Shown piece after piece: positions 37,337-45,647 of a stretch of DNA of 49,262 bases; position 1 is the stretch's first letter, and each line of letters begins with the position of its first letter. The stretch comes from Spirochaetales bacterium. GTDB lineage: Bacteria; Spirochaetota; Spirochaetia; DTKZ01. The notes beneath the pieces were generated by a model. That model was given only the letters and a program-made list of their open reading frames with translations, made no database searches and was not told the origin of the DNA. The stretch covers positions 1 to 49,262 of the forward strand of contig JAISQU010000157.1 in the NCBI GenBank assembly GCA_031274005.1, read 5' to 3'. A program made the position numbers and the translations under genes.

Positions 37337-38313
37337 AGGCTGCTGTTCTGTAAGTATACCGTTCTTGCATTCTCACTTTCAAGCCACTTCAGCACGCTCT
37401 TGTTAAATTCCTTCGCGGAGAAGTACCCCATCTCCTTTAAGCGTTCGTTTTTGGCCGCTGTCTCGATGAGGATGGGAATATTGCGCCCGGGCTTGACGGG
37501 AATCATCAGGTAAGGAATTTGCACCCCAAGAATTTCAGTTGTCACCTCGTGATCGCCAAGCCGGTCATAATTTTTGTCTGTTTCCCAGTTTTCCAGTTCT
37601 ACAACAAGCTGTATCGTTTTTTCGTCCCGAATGGCCGACACTCCGTACAGGTGGGTCACGTTGATGACCCCCAGGCCCCGGATTTCCATGTGGTGGCCGA
37701 TAATCCTGTTTGCGCCGGCCCCCAGAAGAATGTTTCCCGAAACACAGCGGATTTCTACCGCGTCATCCGCGACAAGCCTGTGCCCCCGCTCTATAAGTTC
37801 CAGAGCGGCCTCGCTTTTGCCGACCCCGCTGTCCCCCAGGATGAGTACGCCCACGCCAAAAACCTCGACAAGAACACCGTGGCGCGTTTCCTTGGGGGCG
37901 AATACATTCGAGAGCGCCCGCATGATGCGGGTGGCAAAATCGGATGTCGGCAGACTCGTTTGTAGAAGCGGGCAGCCCGAATCTCCGCATATTTTTGTAA
38001 ATACGTCGTTGGGCTGCAGCGAATGGGAAAAAATTACGCAGGGCATTTCGTTGCGGAAAAACCTCTCGACCGACGCTATGGAGTTTTCCTCAAACAGCTT
38101 TACCAGATACGCGTACTCGCCCCGGCCAAAAAGCTGAATGCGCTGAAAGGCAAAATTATCAAAAAAGCCTGAAAGCGCAAGCCCGGGACGGTTGATGTCC
38201 GGTATTTCAATGACGCGTACAAGCCCCGGACGGCCGGCGATGCAGCGCAGATCCAGGGCGTCGTGCTCCCTTAAGTCCAGATTCAGCAGATCCAAAACCG
38301 TAAATTTATTCAT
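37333..38313 (-). CDS. hprK: HPr kinase/phosphorylase
   Basis: 326 aa. HGVLVEVFGVGVLILGDSGVGKSE (P-loop) and the conserved IRGLGVINV segment. Confidence 0.93.
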   Translation of the reverse strand: MNKFTVLDLLNLDLREHDALDLRCIAGRPGLVRVIEIPDINRPGLALSGFFDNFAFQRIQLFGRGEYAYLVKLFEENSIASVERFFRNEMPCVIFSHSLQPNDVFTKICGDSGCPLLQTSLPTSDFATRIMRALSNVFAPKETRHGVLVEVFGVGVLILGDSGVGKSEAALELIERGHRLVADDAVEIRCVSGNILLGAGANRIIGHHMEIRGLGVINVTHLYGVSAIRDEKTIQLVVELENWETDKNYDRLGDHEVTTEILGVQIPYLMIPVKPGRNIPILIETAAKNERLKEMGYFSAKEFNKSVLKWLESENARTVYLQNSSL

Positions 38314-38603
38314 TTTGAGTGTTTTTTAATTTTTCCTTTTTCTTTCACGACTTTCGCGTCGATTTTATCAGACAATTTATCTATACCCCCGCGCAGGTCA
38401 AAGTCATGTATCCGCAGATGATGAACTTTTCCCCAGCGAAAATGGATATCCGCTTCCAGGGAGTAGTCTTTTCCTTTGGATACCGTACAGGCCAGACTCA
38501 CAATCATGTCCTGGGCGAACTCAATCTTCTGCATTTTCTTTTCAATAAGTTCGCGAAAATCTTCCGGAAGATCAAAATGGATTGATTTGATTTCTACGTT
38601 CAT
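38310..38603 (-). CDS. hpf: Ribosome hibernation promoting factor / sigma-54 modulation protein (short HPF)
   Basis: 97 aa. S30AE-family pattern (MNVEIKSIHFDLPEDFRELIEKK...) and the conserved position downstream of rpoN. Confidence 0.85.
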   Translation of the reverse strand: MNVEIKSIHFDLPEDFRELIEKKMQKIEFAQDMIVSLACTVSKGKDYSLEADIHFRWGKVHHLRIHDFDLRGGIDKLSDKIDAKVVKEKGKIKKHSK

Positions 38604-38618
38604 TGTTTTGCCTCCATA

Positions 38619-39998
38619 CTATCTTTCGTACGAAGAACTTATATCCAGTTCCTTGCGGTACTTGGTAACAGTTCTCCGCGCCAGGGAAATTCCCCGTTCG
38701 GACAAAAGGTTTGAAATTTTTTGATCCGACAGCCCTTTACCTCCTTCTTTTTCGATAATTTCCTTGACAATCTGCTTGACGCCTTCTTTGGAAAAACGGG
38801 AACCCGAAGAACCCGGACCGGAAATGGAGTTCGAGAAAAAATACTTTAATTCAAATATACCCCATTCGGTCTGCATATACTTCGCCGTTGTGGTACGGGA
38901 CACGGTTGTCTCGTGTACGCCGATCTCCGCGGCAATATCTTTGAGTGTAAGCGGTTTGATGAACTTGGGCCCGCGTATAAAAAACTCGCGTTGAAACTCC
39001 ACAATCGCCCTGGCGACTTTCAGCAGGGTCTGGTTACGCTGGTGTATGCACTTGATGAACAGGCGGGCTTCCTGAATATTGGTATTGACGAACTTTCGCA
39101 GTTCCCGCGTGTCGCGCGCCCGGCCGCAGGAATCGTGAATCCCCGCAAAGAAAGGATCCACCCCCAGCACGGGGATTTCCTCGTCGTTCAGAATAATGAC
39201 AAACTGCCCGTCCTTTAACTTCACCATAAGGTCGGGAATGACATAGCGCGGAGCTTCCCCGGAATAAAGCCGGCCGGGAAAGGGCGTAAGGGTTTTGATA
39301 AACGCAAGGGCCTGCGCAACCTCCTCTTCGTGTATTTTCAGATCCTTCGCAATCTCCCTGTATTTGCCCCGCTCCAGAGCCTCAAAATGGTTCTGCAGAA
39401 TGACAAGCGCGTGGTCCGGAATGTCCGGCCGCGCGGCAGCCTGAACAATAAGGGACTCTCTGTAATCCGCCGTACAGACCCCTATGGGATCGAGCTTGCG
39501 CACAAGCTGTATGCTTTCTTTCAGAAGGCGGCGCTTTGATTCGGGTACAAAAGTTTGCGGATTTTCGCGGTGGAAACCGTTTTCGTCGAGGTTGCGGATA
39601 AGAAGCTCGCAGACTTCAACGACCGCAGGAGAAACAGGCTGCAGCCGTACCTGCCACAAAAGATGGTCCTGAAGCGATTCGGGCCGGGACAGAGCCCCTT
39701 CCATAAAGCGCCTCTTTGCGTCCCCGCCCTCTTCGTCATAGCCCGGACCGCGGGTAAAGCCGGGGTCTGAAGAATCCTCGAAATATTCGTACTCTTCGGA
39801 ATTCTTTTTGGGCCGCTCATCCAGGGAATAGCTTTGGGGTTCTTCAAACACTTCAAGGGCGGGATTTTTTTCAAGCTCTTCCTGTATTCTGATACGAAGC
39901 TCCTGCAGGGGCATCGCCATTATCTGGATGCCCTGCAAAAGCTGGGTGTTCATCTGTAACCTTTGATCCTGTACCAGAACAGGTTTCTGCGACAGCAC
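38619..39998 (-). CDS. rpoN: RNA polymerase sigma-54 factor
   Basis: 459 aa. Gln/Leu-rich region I, HTH (IGVHETTVSRTT), and the RpoN box ARRTVTKYR. Confidence 0.95.
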   Translation of the reverse strand: MLSQKPVLVQDQRLQMNTQLLQGIQIMAMPLQELRIRIQEELEKNPALEVFEEPQSYSLDERPKKNSEEYEYFEDSSDPGFTRGPGYDEEGGDAKRRFMEGALSRPESLQDHLLWQVRLQPVSPAVVEVCELLIRNLDENGFHRENPQTFVPESKRRLLKESIQLVRKLDPIGVCTADYRESLIVQAAARPDIPDHALVILQNHFEALERGKYREIAKDLKIHEEEVAQALAFIKTLTPFPGRLYSGEAPRYVIPDLMVKLKDGQFVIILNDEEIPVLGVDPFFAGIHDSCGRARDTRELRKFVNTNIQEARLFIKCIHQRNQTLLKVARAIVEFQREFFIRGPKFIKPLTLKDIAAEIGVHETTVSRTTTAKYMQTEWGIFELKYFFSNSISGPGSSGSRFSKEGVKQIVKEIIEKEGGKGLSDQKISNLLSERGISLARRTVTKYRKELDISSSYER

Positions 39999-40038
39999 TC
40001 CGCCTACCCTCTTTTGTTTCTAAAATGCTCTGCGATTA

Positions 40039-40067
40039 ATATTGCTGGAGGGGAGAGAGTTTGTCAA
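40039..40067 (-). promoter_or_regulatory. Candidate sigma-70 promoter of the rpoN cluster
   Basis: The minus strand reads TTGACA (40067-40062), 17 nt, then CAATAT (40044-40039), about 40 nt upstream of the rpoN ATG. Confidence 0.4.
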
Positions 40068-40118
40068 TGATCTATATTGATGATTCTCCCTTCGGTATCC
40101 GGCAGAGGCGGCAGGCCT

Positions 40119-41966
40119 TTACTGCCGCTCCCCCGTGCCGTACACACCGCCGGCTTTCCGCAGATATTTCCTGAGCATATCCAGTACCGCATCGAAGTCC
40201 AGCGGTTTGCTCAGATGGCCGCTCATACCCGCCTCCAGGCAGCGCTCTACATCCTCATGGAACGCGTTGGCGGTCACCGCTACAATCGGGACAACCCTGG
40301 CGCGGGGATTGTTCAGAGCGCGGATACGGCGGGCGGCCTCGTACCCGTCCATCTCGGGCATCTGGATATCCATAAGGATCATGCTGTATTTTTCAGGATT
40401 TTCGCGGTATAGGTTTAACGCCTGCGCGCCGTTTTCCGCACAGTCAATCTTTACTCCGGTGGGCGAGAGAATCTCCATAACAATCTCGCGGTTTATCTCT
40501 ACGTCCTCAGCCAGCAGGATACAGTGTCCCGCAAAATCATCCGGCGGCTGCGCGTTGTCCGTGTCTCCGCCGCTTTGCTCGTCCGGGACCGGGCCGCGCC
40601 TGAGCCGCAGGGTGAAAGAGAAGGCTGATCCTTTACCCGCAGAAGACTTAACCGATATAGAGCCTCCCATCATCTCCACAATGCGCCTGGAAATCGAGAG
40701 CCCCAGCCCCGTTCCCCCGTATTTGCGCGCCCTGCCGCTTTCGGCCTGCTGGAAGGGCGTAAAAAGCCGCGCCTGCTGTTCCGCGCTCATGCCTATACCG
40801 TTGTCCGTCACAACGCCCTCTATGGTGCATAGACCGTCTTCCTCGCCCAAAAAACGCATTTCCAGGCCGATGGAGCCGCCTTCAGGCGTGAACTTCACCG
40901 CATTGGAGAGCAGGTTGGTAATTACCTGCGCCAGCCGCAGAGAGTCGCCGTCAAGCCGGCGCGGGATATGGGGGTCGATATTCACGGTTAAGGTCAGGTG
41001 TTTTTCTTCGGCCCTGAAGCGGATGATATTTATGACGCCCTGAATCGCTTCTTCAAAGACGAACACCGTTTCGGACAACTCGAATTTGTTCGCCTCGATC
41101 TTGCTCATATCCAGAATATCGTTTATAAGCTGCAGGAGATATGCCGAGGCAATCTCAATCTTTTCAAAGGCATGGTCCTTCTTCTCAACCCCGGGAGCGC
41201 TTTTGCCGATGGCAGTCATGCCGATTATGGCGTTGAGGGGCGTCCGCATCTCATGGGACATATTGGACAGAAATTCACTCTTGGTAATGTTTTCCCTGTC
41301 CGCCCGTATCTTGCCGCTGCCCAGCCGGATAACAACAAGCCCCATGAACACGATTATTACGGTGCTCACCGTGATGACGGCGAGGTAGTTCCTCATTATT
41401 GCGTCATACTGGTCAATGGAAATGTCCACGCCGGCCAGTCCGATAAACTCCCCGGCGCCGGTGTCGAACACAGGCGCGTAGGCCGACAGCAGGGTACCCC
41501 ATTGGGTGGTAACAAAATCGCCGATAACCGCGCTCTGCGTCTCATAAGCCTGCCTCCGCGTCTCGGTAAAGGGCTCAACAGTACCCGGCGGAGAATACAA
41601 TGCCGTGCCCTCCTTTTCGCCGATGAGCGGATACATTACCTCGTTTTCCGAAAAGCGGACCTCCATGGTTATAAAGGTAGCGTTATCTTTGTTGGCGTCG
41701 TGGATTTTCTCTATCAGCTTCTTGGTCCGGATATAGTAATCGCTCGTTGTGTCCAGCGTTCTGATAAAATCCCGGTACTCCCCGGAGTGTTCCTCCAGCA
41801 GCGCCGCTACGGTGGTGGCAATTCCGAGGCATCTGCTGCCCAACTGCTGTTTCACGATTCGCGCGGAGACGGAGTAAAGAACGCTGCCCAACGCGATTGC
41901 CATACAAATCAGAAAAGATACAGCATAGATGTAAGTTTGGACAGACTCAATCTTTTTTACAGCCAT
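40119..41966 (-). CDS. Hybrid sensor histidine kinase / response regulator with extracytoplasmic Cache-like domain
   Basis: 615 aa. Two TM segments flank a ~170-aa sensor domain. H-box SHEMRTPLNAI, HATPase GTGLGLSI, and a C-terminal REC (ILMDIQMPEMDG...K). Confidence 0.9.
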   Translation of the reverse strand: MAVKKIESVQTYIYAVSFLICMAIALGSVLYSVSARIVKQQLGSRCLGIATTVAALLEEHSGEYRDFIRTLDTTSDYYIRTKKLIEKIHDANKDNATFITMEVRFSENEVMYPLIGEKEGTALYSPPGTVEPFTETRRQAYETQSAVIGDFVTTQWGTLLSAYAPVFDTGAGEFIGLAGVDISIDQYDAIMRNYLAVITVSTVIIVFMGLVVIRLGSGKIRADRENITKSEFLSNMSHEMRTPLNAIIGMTAIGKSAPGVEKKDHAFEKIEIASAYLLQLINDILDMSKIEANKFELSETVFVFEEAIQGVINIIRFRAEEKHLTLTVNIDPHIPRRLDGDSLRLAQVITNLLSNAVKFTPEGGSIGLEMRFLGEEDGLCTIEGVVTDNGIGMSAEQQARLFTPFQQAESGRARKYGGTGLGLSISRRIVEMMGGSISVKSSAGKGSAFSFTLRLRRGPVPDEQSGGDTDNAQPPDDFAGHCILLAEDVEINREIVMEILSPTGVKIDCAENGAQALNLYRENPEKYSMILMDIQMPEMDGYEAARRIRALNNPRARVVPIVAVTANAFHEDVERCLEAGMSGHLSKPLDFDAVLDMLRKYLRKAGGVYGTGERQ

Positions 41967-41984
41967 ATTTTCCTCCTTGCCGGT

Positions 41985-43505
41985 CTATTCTTCGAAGAGC
42001 GGGGGCGCGGCGGCAAGTTCAAACTCGCGCTGAATTTCCCCGGAAGGCGGCCGCGTTGCCATGCTTGTCACATAGATACAAAAAAGGGACATACAGAAAC
42101 CCGGGCCCAGGGAATAGATACCCGTGGCTTCCCCCGGATTCATCCAGCCCCCCGCCGCCCGGACAAGGGGGATATAATCCCAGATAATCACCGTAAGCCC
42201 CCCCGCAAGAATTCCCGCAACAGCGCCGGACCGGGTCAGCCGCCTCCAGTAGAGGGAGAGGAGGATGAGCGCGCCGAAGCATGAACCGAAGCCGGACCAG
42301 GCGTTGGAAGCGAGGAAACTCAGGGCGGAAGATTGATCACTGGCGATGACATAGGCGAGGAAGGAAACCGCCACAACGGAAAGCCTGCTGAGCCGGAGAA
42401 CGTGTTTTAGTTCTCCTTTATTCTGAACCAGCGTCCCGTGAATATCGTTGAGGAGTACCGACGCGGTCATGATAAGCTGGGAATCGGCGGTGGACATGAC
42501 GGCGGAGCAGATGCCGCAGAAAAAGATACCCCCAAGAAGCGGGATGGGCAGCAGGGCGCCGGCGCCGGTGAACATTTTCTGAATCATCAGGATAAAAACC
42601 TTCTCCGGGTCCGGCGCCACCGGAAACATGGCTGCGCCGATTATGCCGATAATTACCACGGCGCCCATGGTAAGGACAGTAGCGGCGCCGGCGATAAGCG
42701 CGGCGCGGTTAATGGCTCTTTCATTTTTTGCTGCCATAAACCGTATCAAAATATGGGGCAAACCAAAATACCCCAGCCCGTAGGTCAGTCCCGATATGAT
42801 CGAAACCGCGAGACTGCCCGGTTTGTCCTGCGGTATGGCGGGTAAAAAAGGCGAAGGCAGTTCTGAAACAACCTTGGTGACGCCGCCCAGGAGGGCGACG
42901 GCGATAATAGGGACTCCGATTACGGTAATAAGCAGTAATATGCCCTGAACAAGATCGGTCCAGCACACCGCCTGGAATCCGCCAAGGGAGGTATATATCA
43001 CGATCACCAGAACGCCCGCGAGAAGGGCAAGGTGGTAATCCATGCCGAAAATAAAGGAAAAAAAGGTCCCGCAGGCGACAAAACCCGATGCGGTATACAG
43101 TGTAAAAAAGAAGAGGATAAAAAAGGCTGAAATAATCCGCAGCGTATGGGAGGAATCCCGGAAGCGGCTTTCAAGGTATTCAGGAATGGTGATGGAGTCT
43201 TTTGCGGTCAGGGAATAACGGCGCAGCCGCCTGGCAACCAGGAGCCAGTTCAGTACGCTTCCCAGGGCAAATCCCACCGCCATCCATATCCGGCCGGTTC
43301 CGTAAGCATAAAACGCGCCCACAAGCCCCATGACGAGCCAGCCCGACATATCGCTGGCATAGGTTGAAAGAGCCGCCACCCAGCAGCCAAGCCGCCTGCC
43401 GCCGATAAAAAAATCCGCAGGGCTAGCCGTTTTTTTGAAAAAAAGCCATCCAATAACCAGCATTGCCGTTATATACAGTACCAGAACCGGAAGTATCCAC
43501 GCCAT
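41985..43505 (-). CDS. putP: Sodium/proline symporter (SSF family)
   Basis: 506 aa, about 13 TM segments. N-terminal motif FFIGGRRLGCWVAALSTYASDMSGWLVMGLVGAFY matches the PutP signature region. Confidence 0.85.
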   Translation of the reverse strand: MAWILPVLVLYITAMLVIGWLFFKKTASPADFFIGGRRLGCWVAALSTYASDMSGWLVMGLVGAFYAYGTGRIWMAVGFALGSVLNWLLVARRLRRYSLTAKDSITIPEYLESRFRDSSHTLRIISAFFILFFFTLYTASGFVACGTFFSFIFGMDYHLALLAGVLVIVIYTSLGGFQAVCWTDLVQGILLLITVIGVPIIAVALLGGVTKVVSELPSPFLPAIPQDKPGSLAVSIISGLTYGLGYFGLPHILIRFMAAKNERAINRAALIAGAATVLTMGAVVIIGIIGAAMFPVAPDPEKVFILMIQKMFTGAGALLPIPLLGGIFFCGICSAVMSTADSQLIMTASVLLNDIHGTLVQNKGELKHVLRLSRLSVVAVSFLAYVIASDQSSALSFLASNAWSGFGSCFGALILLSLYWRRLTRSGAVAGILAGGLTVIIWDYIPLVRAAGGWMNPGEATGIYSLGPGFCMSLFCIYVTSMATRPPSGEIQREFELAAAPPLFEE

Positions 43506-43659
43506 ATCCGCCTTCTTTTCCGCTTTTATTCGTATTGAGGTTTAATGCCCCTCCCGTTCGTCCCGGCGGTTATCAATTCCTGACAGCCTGTTAAGCATAC
43601 CCGGAATTTCGGACCAAGTTAGCGCTTGAGGCGGGATTGCCGATTTTCCGGAAAATCCT

Positions 43660-43679
43660 GGGGGGGGGGGGGGGGGGGG
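43660..43679. repeat. Homopolymeric G20 tract (C20 on the putP strand)
   Basis: Counted directly: 20 consecutive G residues, 155-174 nt upstream of the putP ATG. It is immediately preceded by the 16-bp perfect palindrome GATTTTCCGGAAAATC (43642-43657). Confidence 0.95.
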
Positions 43680-44218
43680 TAAATGCTTACAGCATAAGGA
43701 CTTACTTTCGGTCAAGCGGCCGACTTTTCGGCTGAGAGAATCAAATATGATATACCCGCAACCTCTTTGTATCATATAATTACACCAAATTTCATTATCT
43801 TGCATCCCCTCAAAAATGTCAATGCAGCGCGAAGGGCCCGGGCGCACCAATTTTTTCCGTGCAAAATCACCGGAAGCCCTTGGGCCGTGCCCTCGGATTG
43901 CCGGGCCGTGAAAGTGAAGAGGCCGAAGACGGCCCCAAATTTCGGTAAGCCCGAAATTTGTTATAGGTGATTTCGGGCAAAATCGCGCTCCGTCTTGGCT
44001 ATACGCAGGGAATCTGCAGAGCAGATTCCCTGGCCCGGTGTTCAACAATCCGCGCCAGGGATTGCAGCATGCCCAAGTAAACGCACGCGAAAGCGTGGTT
44101 GTGCCAGAAGAGACCCTAAAGAGCCCCGGCGTATTCCGTGTGTGCGATAGCACACCTACAATCATACCTATCGGAACAAAGCGCCGGAGGTGCTGTATAC
44201 AAATGTTATGGGCCGAGC

Positions 44219-44249
44219 AAAAAAGGCGCGCGGAAAAAATTGGCGCGCC
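44219..44249 (-). terminator. Rho-independent terminator of the lipoprotein gene
   Basis: The minus strand reads GGCGCGC-(10-nt loop)-GCGCGCC followed by TTTTTT, 14 nt after the TGA at 44263-44265. Confidence 0.6.
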
Positions 44250-44262
44250 CTTGTTCAGCCCG

Positions 44263-45039
44263 TCATTCCCGCGCACGCGTGAGCGTGTTTAAGGATAAGT
44301 TCTCATTCGTTACTGTGTACAGGATTCCGTCCGCCTTTATCTGTATGTCCGCTTTTCCGCCGCTGTCCGGCCGGTAATAACGGTGATAGCCTTCGGCGAG
44401 GTAGCCGAAGTCGCAGACGCCTTCTTCATTTGTCCGCACAACGGAGGCAAGGGGATTGCGCGGCAGCCAGCTTCCCGCAGGCAGGCTCAGGCTGACAGGA
44501 TGGGCCGGCAGCAGTTTGATTCTGTCCGCCCGGAAAGACAGGCCCGCGAGGCTGCTCAGGATAAGCTCTTCGTCCAGGGCCCAGGGGTTTTCCGCGCCGC
44601 GCAGAACGGTTTCCCGGAAAAATCTGCCGGAGTTGAAAGCCTCCACAGGGTAACCCCGCTCCTTTAACCGAATAAGAAAGACCGCCGCGAAGCCTTTTTC
44701 CCAGCTCAGATGAAGGCTGCCTCCGCCGCAGTCATGGGGGTACAGACCCCCCGCAGGGAAAAAGAGGTCGTCCCTGCCGCCGAACATCATCGAACAGGCA
44801 ATGGCGGCGGGAGGTCCAGGGGGAATAAGGACGGATACCGATGTCTCGCCCGCGGCGGCATATATGGTCTTGACTGTTCCGTCCGCTTCGGAAAGGCTGA
44901 GTTTCCACGCGGGTGAGCCGAAGCCCTCCCGAACCGCGGCCGGAGGTTCAGGAAAAACAACGCGCACATCCTCGCCCACAAGCCGGTCCATACAGCCCGC
45001 GAGAAGCGGAATGAACAAACAGAAAAACAGGTGTTTCAT
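44263..45039 (-). CDS. Lipoprotein, function unknown
   Basis: 258 aa. Signal peptide with lipobox LLAG-C (MKHLFFCLFIPLLAGC). Confidence 0.7.
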   Translation of the reverse strand: MKHLFFCLFIPLLAGCMDRLVGEDVRVVFPEPPAAVREGFGSPAWKLSLSEADGTVKTIYAAAGETSVSVLIPPGPPAAIACSMMFGGRDDLFFPAGGLYPHDCGGGSLHLSWEKGFAAVFLIRLKERGYPVEAFNSGRFFRETVLRGAENPWALDEELILSSLAGLSFRADRIKLLPAHPVSLSLPAGSWLPRNPLASVVRTNEEGVCDFGYLAEGYHRYYRPDSGGKADIQIKADGILYTVTNENLSLNTLTRARE

Positions 45040-45065
45040 ACCTATTAATTACAGGAAAAAAAGCC

Positions 45066-45596
45066 TCAGCGCTTCAATTTTTCTTTATAAATCTCACGAA
45101 TTTCTTTTAAAATGTCACGATATTCCCGCGTAGCATAATCAGGATAAGTCCAGGGTAAAACCTGAAAATCCTTTTGCGTGAACCGGAGGGTCAGTTCGGC
45201 GTAAATACCTTTTGCCAGGGGAATCCGGTGGGAGTTGTCCTTTGTTGTGGCAAGGATAAAGCGGCTTAAGGAAAGAAGGCCGGGGTCAAGGTTGACCGTG
45301 CGCCCCGCCGGGGGCGCGGCGCGATACCCCTCTTCGATTGCATTTGTCATGATCTTGATGTCCGCAAGAAGATCAGGCTGAACAGCGTTTGCGAACCCCA
45401 TAAAGCAGCGGGAAATACTGTCTCCCATCTCCTGTTTGTAATAATCGGTAAAGGTAAAGGCAAGCGCGGGACTCTGGTAATCCGCGGGACCAAAGGCCGC
45501 CTCAAGGCGGGGCTTCAGCGAAGCCGGCGGAGCGCTGCCCGCAAAAAGAATGCCCATAACCAGTTTCCATGGTGTAAATGCTGCTATATGCCCCAC
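45066..45596 (-). CDS. Conserved hypothetical protein (DUF4416-like, tentative)
   Basis: 176 aa, GTG start. The pattern FTFTDYYKQEMG...L.R.F recalls DUF4416 from memory, so the name is low-certainty. A 26-nt gap separates it from the downstream lipoprotein gene. Confidence 0.55.
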   Translation of the reverse strand: MGHIAAFTPWKLVMGILFAGSAPPASLKPRLEAAFGPADYQSPALAFTFTDYYKQEMGDSISRCFMGFANAVQPDLLADIKIMTNAIEEGYRAAPPAGRTVNLDPGLLSLSRFILATTKDNSHRIPLAKGIYAELTLRFTQKDFQVLPWTYPDYATREYRDILKEIREIYKEKLKR

Positions 45597-45647
45597 ACGT
45601 ATTATCCTGTTGTTAATTTCCCGATTTTTGCCGATAATAACACAAAA

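Noticed and set aside
44085-44110. Sigma-54-like TGGCAC on the minus strand (TGGCACAACCACGCTT), and TGGCCGGTTGGGCGCA at ~13044-13059 upstream of gpmI
   Set aside because: In the first, the GG-to-GC spacing is one nucleotide short and the -12 element is poor. In the second, the spacing is right but the -12 element is GCGCA. Neither approaches the exact consensus seen at 24436-24451.
43542-44276. 244-aa minus-strand ORF covering the putP upstream region
   Set aside because: It reads the G20 tract as poly-Pro, is composed of hairpin repeats, and has no RBS or recognisable domain. The region is treated as non-coding.
45588-45647. Upstream ATG (45588) for the 488-aa ORF
   Set aside because: It would overlap the start of the divergently transcribed gene by 9 nt, leaving no room for either promoter. 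ATG 45648 is preferred but unproven.
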